From the NCBI GenBank assembly GCA_003702495.1, contig REGH01000002.1, positions 4,917-68,916 of the forward strand: a DNA stretch of 64,000 nt, written 5' to 3'. The position numbers and the translations under genes are program-made. Positions 57,248-64,000 of this stretch are shown piece by piece (the stretch's first letter is position 1; every line of letters starts with the position of its first letter). Origin of the DNA: Nitrosopumilus sp. GTDB lineage: Archaea; Thermoproteota; Nitrososphaeria; Nitrososphaerales; Nitrosopumilaceae. The notes beneath the pieces are model-generated. The model saw nothing but the letters and a program-made list of their open reading frames with translations, did no database searches and was not told the DNA's origin.

Positions 57248-58831
57248 ATGAGTAAGTTAGATTCAGTATTCTCAAAGGCATGTAGTGAAATTACTCAAAA
57301 TTTACTGATGATTAATCAACCTACCAAAAAGCAAGTAAAAGAAGAGATAAAGAGAATTTGTGCCAAATATTCACTTGAAAGAATTCCAAGAAACCACGAG
57401 ATACTTTCAATGGCCAAAGAATCAGAATTTGGTAAACTCAGAAAAGTTTTACTAAAGAAACCTGCAAAAACGGCATCAGGTGTTGCAGTGGTTGCATTGA
57501 TGCCAAAACCATATGCATGCCCACATGGCAGATGTACATATTGTCCAGGAGGAGTAGAATTTAATTCTCCAAATAGTTACACGGGAAATGAACCATCAAC
57601 TCTTAACGCAATTGAAAATGAATATGATCCAAAATTACAAATCACAACAAAAATAGATAAACTAATTGCATTTGGTCACGATCCATCAAAAATGGAGATA
57701 GTCATTGTTGGAGGAACGTTTTTGTTTATGCCAAGAGATTATCAGGAAAATTTCATTAAATCATGTTATGATGCATTAAACGGTACAGATTCAAAAAGTT
57801 TGGAAGAGGCAAAATCAAACAACGAACGTGCATCAATAAGAAATGTAGGGTTTACGATTGAAACAAAACCAGACTTTTGTAAAAAAGAACATGTTGATTG
57901 GATGTTAGATTATGGAGTAACTAGAATAGAAATTGGAGTTCAGTCATTGCAAGAAAGAGTCTACGATGTTGTAAATAGAGGACACAATTACAATGATGTC
58001 ATAGAATCATTCCAAATTTCAAAAGATGCAGGATACAAAATTGTTGCACATATGATGCCAGGATTACCAACAATGACACCAAAAGGAGACATTGCAGATT
58101 TTAAGAGATTATTTTCAGATTCACAACTACGTCCAGATATGCTAAAAATATATCCATCATTGGTTATTGAAAATACCCCAATGTATCAAGAATACAAGGA
58201 TGGAAAGTATGTTCCCTATTCAAATGAGGAAATGATTCAGGTTTTAACCGAAGTAAAGAAAGACATACCAAAATGGGTCAGAATTATGCGTGTTCAAAGA
58301 GAAATTTCCCCTAATGAGATTATTGCAGGCCCAAAATCTGGAAATCTAAGACAGATTGTTCATCAAAACTTGGCAAAACAGGGATTGAAATGCAAATGCA
58401 TTAGATGTAGAGAAGCAGGATTAAATAAAAAATCAGATCCTAAAGATGTTAAACTAAATAGAATTGATTATGATTCTTCAGGAGGAAAAGAGATTTTCCT
58501 GTCTTATGAAGACAAAAATGAATCAATCTACGGATTCTTGAGATTAAGAAAACCAAGTATAGACGCACATAGAGATGAAGTGAAGGATAATTCTTGTATC
58601 GTTAGAGAACTTCATGTTTATGGAAAGTCACTAAAGATTGGAGAAAAAGAGGAAAGTGAAATACAACATTCAGGATTGGGTAAAAGTTTGATGAAGGAGG
58701 CAGAAAAAATTTCCAAAGAAGAATTTGATGCAAAGAAATTATTGGTGATTAGTGCTGTTGGAACAAGAGAGTATTATCAGAAATTAGGGTATTCGTTATA
58801 TGGGCCATACATGTCCAAAACATTAGATTAG
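57248..58831 (+). CDS. elp3: Elp3 tRNA U34 radical SAM/acetyltransferase
   Basis: CPHGRCTYCPGG, IETKPD, LKIYP, CIRCRE, VRELHVYG, QHSGLG. Confidence 0.95.
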   Translation: MSKLDSVFSKACSEITQNLLMINQPTKKQVKEEIKRICAKYSLERIPRNHEILSMAKESEFGKLRKVLLKKPAKTASGVAVVALMPKPYACPHGRCTYCPGGVEFNSPNSYTGNEPSTLNAIENEYDPKLQITTKIDKLIAFGHDPSKMEIVIVGGTFLFMPRDYQENFIKSCYDALNGTDSKSLEEAKSNNERASIRNVGFTIETKPDFCKKEHVDWMLDYGVTRIEIGVQSLQERVYDVVNRGHNYNDVIESFQISKDAGYKIVAHMMPGLPTMTPKGDIADFKRLFSDSQLRPDMLKIYPSLVIENTPMYQEYKDGKYVPYSNEEMIQVLTEVKKDIPKWVRIMRVQREISPNEIIAGPKSGNLRQIVHQNLAKQGLKCKCIRCREAGLNKKSDPKDVKLNRIDYDSSGGKEIFLSYEDKNESIYGFLRLRKPSIDAHRDEVKDNSCIVRELHVYGKSLKIGEKEESEIQHSGLGKSLMKEAEKISKEEFDAKKLLVISAVGTREYYQKLGYSLYGPYMSKTLD

Positions 58832-58840
58832 TGAGGATAT

Positions 58841-60430
58841 ATGTCAGAGCAAGAAATTATTGGAAAAGGAACTTGGATAGACAAGTTAGCTTCAGAATTG
58901 CTTGACCGTGAAAAATCACTTGGAAGAAATACAGATCTTTTAAGAGTTGAAAGCGGTCTTGGGGCATCAGGAATTCCACACATTGGAAGTTTAGGGGATG
59001 CAGTTAGAGCATATGGTGTTAAATTAGCATTAGAGAACTTGGGTTACAAATCAGAACTCATTGCTTATTCAGATGATCTTGATGGTTTGCGAAAAATTCC
59101 AGAAGGAATGCAAGAGTTTGGATTAGAAGAGCATTTAGCAAAACCAGTATCACTTATTCCAGACCCATATGGATGTCATGATTCATACGGAATGCACATG
59201 AGTAGTATTCTTTTAGATGGATTAGATAAAGTTGGAATAAAATATGAATTCAGAAGGGCAGTTGACACATACAAGCAAGGGTTGCTAAAAGACAACATTC
59301 ACACAATCTTACAAAATAGTACAAAGATCGGAGATAAAATATCAGAATTAGTAGGACAAGAAAAATATCAAAAATATCTTCCATACTTTCCAGTTTGTGC
59401 CAACTGTAATCGCCTATACACCGCGGAAGCAACAGAGTACATTGCAGATGAAAAGAAGGTCAAATACAATTGTCATGACGCAGAAATTGGATCACAAATG
59501 ATCAAAGGTTGTGGTCATAAAGGGGAAGCAGATATTGGGAAAGATCTTGGGAAACTAGCCTGGAAAGTGGAATTTGCTGCAAGATGGGCGGCATTTGATA
59601 TCAGATTTGAAGCATATGGAAAAGACATCATGGATTCAGTTAAAGTAAATGACTGGGTAGCGGATGAAATTTTAGATTTCCCACACCCTCACCATGTAAA
59701 ATATGAAATGTTCCTAGATAAAGGAGGAAAGAAGATTTCAAAATCACTTGGGAATGTATTGACTGCACAAAGATGGTTAGAATTTGGTAGTCCAAAATCA
59801 ATTCTGTTATTACTATACAAAAGAATTACTGGCGCACGTGAGCTTGGAGTAGAAGACATACCATCATTAATGAATGAATATAATGAATTAGAAGACATTA
59901 ACTTTGGAAGAATCAAAGTAGATAATCAGGCAAAACTTGTAAAATCAAAAGGCCTATACGAATATGTCAATCTTCTAAACCCTCCAAAACAAGCATGTAC
60001 TCATGTCAATTATAGACTGTTAATCGAATTGACAAAAATATTCAAAGAAAATAGAAATGAAAGAGTGATGAAAAAATTACTTGATTACGGAGTAATAAAA
60101 AATCCAGAACCTGAAATTGAAAAACTTATTGAACTTGCAGGAAATTTTTCAGATGAATTTGATGAGCAAGAAAAAACTCAAGTGGATTTGGATGAAACCG
60201 CAAAAAAAGCATTGAAAATTTTGTCTGAAGCACTTGGTGGAGATGAAGAACCTGAAGACATTCAAAATACAATCTATCAAATAGCAAAATCAAATGATGT
60301 GCAACCAAAAGATTTCTTTAAGATATTATACCAAATCATTCTAGGTACATCTAGAGGACCAAAGATTGGACCTTTCATTTCAGACATAGGAAGAAAGCAA
60401 GTGGCAAAAACACTATCAGAGTATACGTAG
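58841..60430 (+). CDS. lysS: Class I lysyl-tRNA synthetase
   Basis: SGIPHIGS (HIGH), KISKSLGN (KMSKS), YFPVC, GKLAWKVEFAARW, RGPKIG. Confidence 0.96.
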   Translation: MSEQEIIGKGTWIDKLASELLDREKSLGRNTDLLRVESGLGASGIPHIGSLGDAVRAYGVKLALENLGYKSELIAYSDDLDGLRKIPEGMQEFGLEEHLAKPVSLIPDPYGCHDSYGMHMSSILLDGLDKVGIKYEFRRAVDTYKQGLLKDNIHTILQNSTKIGDKISELVGQEKYQKYLPYFPVCANCNRLYTAEATEYIADEKKVKYNCHDAEIGSQMIKGCGHKGEADIGKDLGKLAWKVEFAARWAAFDIRFEAYGKDIMDSVKVNDWVADEILDFPHPHHVKYEMFLDKGGKKISKSLGNVLTAQRWLEFGSPKSILLLLYKRITGARELGVEDIPSLMNEYNELEDINFGRIKVDNQAKLVKSKGLYEYVNLLNPPKQACTHVNYRLLIELTKIFKENRNERVMKKLLDYGVIKNPEPEIEKLIELAGNFSDEFDEQEKTQVDLDETAKKALKILSEALGGDEEPEDIQNTIYQIAKSNDVQPKDFFKILYQIILGTSRGPKIGPFISDIGRKQVAKTLSEYT

Positions 60431-60433
60431 AAA

Positions 60434-60634
60434 ATGGTACATTCAGAACACAACAAATCAAAAAACAGTGGGGGATTTGCATTAATCATAATGGGGGCAT
60501 TGTTACTCATTATAGGTCCACAAGAGGCAATCGTTCCAAAAAGTATGAGTGTGATGACATGGGTTGCAGGTCTAATTATCGGGGGGTTAGGATTCTACCT
60601 CAAATTCATCAGACATAGAACAAAACAACAATAA
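60434..60634 (+). CDS. Small two-TM hypothetical protein
   Basis: 3-nt gap after lysS; two hydrophobic helices, basic C-terminus. Confidence 0.65.
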   Translation: MVHSEHNKSKNSGGFALIIMGALLLIIGPQEAIVPKSMSVMTWVAGLIIGGLGFYLKFIRHRTKQQ

Positions 60635-60673
60635 AGAAAGATTCATGTTTTAAAGAAAGACGGTGAGAAAAGA

Positions 60674-61432
60674 ATGGGTTTTTTTGGTAAAAAAGAGGAC
60701 ACAGTATCAGAAAATAGTGAAGAATTTGTACTAAAAGAAGAATTAGAAACAGAAGTTGAAAACCTCCAAAATGAGTTCAGAAGAAAACAAGATGAACTAA
60801 ATAATATTGAAAAAAAAATTGATTCAGTCAAAGAAGAATATGAAACATCAGTAAGCAATTTGATGTTAGTAAAAAAAGAACTTAATCAAAAAAAGATGGA
60901 ACTTGATATTGTTATTAGGGAATATAAAGAAACTAAAGAAAAAATAAAAAATTCTGAACTAATTAAAGATTCAAAATCATCTGAAGAATTTAGTAAGACA
61001 GAAGGAAATCTATCAAAAATAAAACAAGAGTTAGAAGAAATTACTAAAGAGTATAAAGAAACTAAAGAAAAAATTACAACAGAACAATCAATGCTATCTC
61101 AAATTAGAAAACAACAGATAGATGCAGAAAAAGAACTTGATGAGGCGAACTCACGTCTATACAACGCAAAAGAGGAATTAAACAAAAAAGATGAATTTCA
61201 AGATACTAGCATTCTTACACCAAAAGAAAAAGATTTCATTCAAGGAAATAGCAAAAGTTCTGCAGGAGTAATAGAGGCTGCAAGTGCTGTTGTGGGCTCA
61301 CTAAAATCAAAACTAAACAATACACAAAAAGAATTGGAAGCAATTCAAATGCTTTTAGAAAAAGAAAGACAAGAACACGAAGAAACAAAAAAAGAATTAG
61401 ATAAACTCAAATCAGAAGAACATAAATCATAA
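60674..61432 (+). CDS. Coiled-coil hypothetical protein
   Basis: E/K-rich heptads over nearly the whole length; internal repeat EYKETKEKI. Confidence 0.75.
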   Translation: MGFFGKKEDTVSENSEEFVLKEELETEVENLQNEFRRKQDELNNIEKKIDSVKEEYETSVSNLMLVKKELNQKKMELDIVIREYKETKEKIKNSELIKDSKSSEEFSKTEGNLSKIKQELEEITKEYKETKEKITTEQSMLSQIRKQQIDAEKELDEANSRLYNAKEELNKKDEFQDTSILTPKEKDFIQGNSKSSAGVIEAASAVVGSLKSKLNNTQKELEAIQMLLEKERQEHEETKKELDKLKSEEHKS

Positions 61433-61873
61433 ACTTTCAAAATGTTTTTTCCATCTGGATTTAATTTCATCTTCTTTGATTCCCATATCATACAAAGGAG
61501 ACGTCACTTCAGATATCTCAATAACATCAACTAGAACAATTGCATTGATCGGACTCTTGATACCTTTTTCTCGATAGTGCTTCAAAATATCATTATAAAG
61601 AGAGGTGTCTTGGACAATTTTAGCTGTTCCCTTGAAGAGAAATCCTTTTCGCAGTAGGGGGTCAATTACATTAATTTCCACATTAGGATTAATCTTCAAA
61701 TTTTGCACAGTGTCAGGTGAGCGAATATCTGCAAATACCAGTTGGTTTTTTGACCATCCAAATATGGTTCCCTTTGGTGAAATGTTTGGAGTTCCATTAG
61801 ATGAAACAGTTGCAACATACCCCAACTTTTGTAAATTCAAAAAATTCTTGATCTCTTCAGTAATTTCAGACAA
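61427..61873 (-). CDS. Pyridoxamine-5'-phosphate-oxidase-like flavin/deazaflavin-binding protein
   Basis: YVATVS..GTPNISPKG, TVQNL..NP, FKGTA split-barrel motifs. Confidence 0.87.
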   Translation of the reverse strand: MSEITEEIKNFLNLQKLGYVATVSSNGTPNISPKGTIFGWSKNQLVFADIRSPDTVQNLKINPNVEINVIDPLLRKGFLFKGTAKIVQDTSLYNDILKHYREKGIKSPINAIVLVDVIEISEVTSPLYDMGIKEDEIKSRWKKHFESL

Positions 61874-61913
61874 TGATTATACAAGTTTACAGGATGTAAT
61901 TAATTTTTGAGAA

Positions 61914-62012
61914 CTATCGCATAAATTCTGCAGCTTCAATTGAGAAGAAGAAAAAGCCTATACCGCCCCCAATGATTCCAATCCAAATAGCAATTTGTTT
62001 AATCCTTGACAT
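61914..62012 (-). CDS. Putative 32-aa single-TM micro-protein
   Basis: MSRIKQIAIWIGIIGGGIGFFFFSIEAAEFMR, read by hand. Confidence 0.5.
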   Translation of the reverse strand: MSRIKQIAIWIGIIGGGIGFFFFSIEAAEFMR

Positions 62013-62096
62013 ATGATAATAATCATTTAACCTCATTATTGAATCTAATCCAATCACTTAGACAATTATAATTAGAATGAATACGGAAAAGCATTA

Positions 62097-62240
62097 TTGG
62101 CAAGCATAAAAGATGTAGGCAAATTTTTTGTCTTTATTGTTGGAGGATTAGTAGCCATTATCGTAGGCTCATTTATGATCAGGGGAACTATGCATATGTG
62201 GGATAATCCTGAAGATGCCAAAGATGAGAAAAAGGACTAA
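62097..62240 (+). CDS. Putative 47-aa single-TM micro-protein
   Basis: TTG-started MASIKDVGKFFVFIVGGLVAIIVGSFMIRGTMHMWDNPEDAKDEKKD. Confidence 0.5.
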   Translation: MASIKDVGKFFVFIVGGLVAIIVGSFMIRGTMHMWDNPEDAKDEKKD

Positions 62241-62266
62241 AAACAAGTATTCTAAACAAATTACAA

Positions 62267-62569
62267 TTGTTACAAGATTCCACAATAAGAAAATCTCTTG
62301 ATCAATATATCAAAAATCGAATTTTAGAGATTAACTCAGAGATAAAACAAACATTTCCGAATATCAAAAAAATTTGGAAGTGTGAAAATGAAGTGGATTT
62401 TTTGTATGGGTATTACGTAGGAAAAATTGAGGAAGGGACACTACATTATTTACTAAAAGCAACACGTGCATCCGCTGGAGGATATGTTGATTCATTTGAG
62501 ATTAGAGGAATCATTGAAGAGCATAAAAATGAATTGGTTGACGTTATAAAATCTGCAATAAATCAGTGA
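62267..62569 (+). CDS. Hypothetical protein (100 aa)
   Basis: TTG start, helical, DFLYGYYVG motif. Confidence 0.7.
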   Translation: MLQDSTIRKSLDQYIKNRILEINSEIKQTFPNIKKIWKCENEVDFLYGYYVGKIEEGTLHYLLKATRASAGGYVDSFEIRGIIEEHKNELVDVIKSAINQ

Positions 62570-62600
62570 ACTAGAAATACTACATCATTCATGTTAAATC

Positions 62601-62774
62601 ATGGTTGGCCCACAAGATGGAGGTTTTGGATTTGATCAATCAAAAAAATACACCTCTGTTGAAAATATAGATGAGATATGTGTGCAGTGTCAAGCAGGTC
62701 AACATAAGAACTGCTTGAAAAAAGCAAAGAAGCAAGATGTTTGTGAATGCGAACATTGTATGATTTATGGGTAA
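62601..62774 (+). CDS. Putative 57-aa Cys/His-rich metal-binding protein
   Basis: MVGPQDGGFGFDQSKKYTSVENIDEICVQCQAGQHKNCLKKAKKQDVCECEHCMIYG. Confidence 0.65.
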   Translation: MVGPQDGGFGFDQSKKYTSVENIDEICVQCQAGQHKNCLKKAKKQDVCECEHCMIYG

Positions 62775-62827
62775 ATTTACTGAGAATCAAGAAATTTTTT
62801 AAATAATATTATGTTCAAGGGTTAGCC

Positions 62828-62938
62828 TTGCCAAATGAGTATACATTTCATTGTAAGTTTTGTGGAAAAGATTTTGGGAGTAGTGTAATTGACCTAGCAA
62901 CACACATTGGCAGAGACCATGACGAATCAAAAAAATGA
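62828..62938 (+). CDS. Putative 36-aa single C2H2 zinc-finger protein
   Basis: MPNEYTFHCKFCGKDFGSSVIDLATHIGRDHDESKK: F-x-C-x2-C-x3-F-x6-L-x2-H-x4-H. Confidence 0.65.
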   Translation: MPNEYTFHCKFCGKDFGSSVIDLATHIGRDHDESKK

Positions 62939-62959
62939 TTTCTAATTTAATGAACTAAA

Positions 62960-63070
62960 ATGAAATGCAACAATACAGATGTAGGATGTTATCATGATAA
63001 TTCAATTCACATGGATGGGAATGGAAAATGCATGGTTCGAGGCTGCAAATGCCAAAAATACAAGCCTTAG
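62960..63070 (+). CDS. Putative 36-aa Cys/His-rich protein
   Basis: MKCNNTDVGCYHDNSIHMDGNGKCMVRGCKCQKYKP (5 Cys, 2 His). Confidence 0.6.
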   Translation: MKCNNTDVGCYHDNSIHMDGNGKCMVRGCKCQKYKP

Positions 63071-63399
63071 ATTGCAGATAATTTGTTTTCAAGTTCTGTG
63101 ATTTGTTTTTGATATGAATCTGCTACATTTTGTGCAAATTCCTTGTGTGCTGCAATGATTTTTGTTAATGCTTCTTTGTATTCAGGGTGACCATTCTTTA
63201 GAACATCACAAGATTCCAAAGAAGTTACATGTCCAGTAACTGTTGCCATCGCACCTTTTTGATTAAATTTTACAATTCCACCAAATGCCTTAATCAACAT
63301 GTAAGCTGATTCTGCTTTGCACTTGTAAGTAACACGACCTGTTTCAGTATTGAATAGTAATGTGATTCCACCAGGTTTTCTTGTAACAGTTACTGTCAT
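63067..63399 (-). CDS. Hypothetical protein (110 aa)
   Basis: ATG start 41 nt downstream of the ferritin stop, same strand. Confidence 0.7.
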   Translation of the reverse strand: MTVTVTRKPGGITLLFNTETGRVTYKCKAESAYMLIKAFGGIVKFNQKGAMATVTGHVTSLESCDVLKNGHPEYKEALTKIIAAHKEFAQNVADSYQKQITELENKLSAI

Positions 63400-63440
63400 T
63401 GAGTAATTGTAAAAATGGAGGTATTAATTATTTTAAAATT

Positions 63441-63956
63441 TTATGCCATAGGTTCTTCTGGTGATGCTGCCTCTGCTGCAAGAATTTTATCAATTTCGTT
63501 GACTGCAATCTTATCTCTACCAATTAGATCAAACTTTTGCAAAATTGTTTCAAACTTTGTTTCTTCTTGTACTTGTTCATTTACAAACCATTCCAAGAAT
63601 GCATATGTTGAATGATCTTTTTCTTTTTGTGCAATCTCTACCATCTTATGAATTGCCTTTGTTACTGTCTGTTCATTTTTTAGAGCAGTTTTAACGAGAC
63701 CTTCAAGAGATTTGTAAGTTGCAGTAGGCGCTTTGATTGCAGGAATTGTTGCAGTAGCCCCAATATCATTTAGAAAATGAATTATTTTGATCATGTGAGT
63801 TCTTTCTTCGTCAGATTGTGCGTAAAAGTAATCAGCAGCACCTTTGTATCCGGTTACCTCACACCATGAAGCCATGGCCAAATAACTACTGGACGCAAGT
63901 CCTTCCAAGGCAACTTGGTCATTAAGTGCCTTTTTCATTTTTGGTGAAATTCTCAT
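63441..63956 (-). CDS. ftnA: Non-haem ferritin
   Basis: ALNDQVALE, YLAMASW, EERTHM, EQTVT, FLEWFVNEQVQEE ferroxidase motifs; ATG at 63956. Confidence 0.93.
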   Translation of the reverse strand: MRISPKMKKALNDQVALEGLASSSYLAMASWCEVTGYKGAADYFYAQSDEERTHMIKIIHFLNDIGATATIPAIKAPTATYKSLEGLVKTALKNEQTVTKAIHKMVEIAQKEKDHSTYAFLEWFVNEQVQEETKFETILQKFDLIGRDKIAVNEIDKILAAEAASPEEPMA

Positions 63957-64000
63957 AATTTTCAAAATTAGTCAGTTTTCAGTATTAAAAAAACTTACTG

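Noticed and set aside
342-61910. The many remaining 60-150-aa ORFs antisense or out of frame within long genes
   Set aside because: Fully nested in well-supported CDSs; typical shadow ORFs with no independent motifs
62599-62790. 63-aa minus-strand ORF in the track
   Set aside because: Antisense to the better-formed Cys-rich + strand ORF 62601-62774
1-64000. Mobile elements (IS, integrase, provirus), including at tRNA-Pro
   Set aside because: No transposase or integrase motifs, no duplicated tRNA 3' end (att site) found, and no evident compositional block

Overview
AT-rich (roughly one-third GC), gene-dense chromosomal segment of a marine ammonia-oxidising archaeon (Nitrososphaerota/Thaumarchaeota, Nitrosopumilus-like). 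The assignment rests on TBP/TFB, class I LysRS, F420 biosynthesis genes (cofD-cofC, cofG-cofH), a thaumarchaeosortase and an amt/P-II cluster. Most of the window is core housekeeping: smc, ino1, dys, alba, dpo4, sui1, secG, tsr3, map, purM, elp3, lysS and ferritin. Three non-coding RNAs were read directly from the DNA: RNase P RNA (20177-20460), tRNA-Pro(UGG) (35796-35872, minus) and a probable box C/D guide sRNA just downstream of it (35691-35760, minus). No CRISPR array, transposase, integrase or prophage was seen. The most interesting unexplained structure is in two places. (i) The amt / P-II locus (~48.7-53.6 kb) has a 35-bp tandem-palindrome operator between divergent amt and glnK, two ATGA-coupled ~30-aa membrane micro-ORFs behind glnK, a degenerate P-II carrying a ribbon-helix-helix-like tail, and a winged-helix regulator. 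(ii) A run of unannotated Cys/His-rich and membrane micro-ORFs lies next to ferritin (~61.9-63.1 kb). Also notable are a metallothionein-like tail on a membrane-anchored protein, a stand-alone DICT-like sensor next to cofGH and a perfect 18-bp VNTR in alba. All family calls come from motif recognition only; no database search was run.
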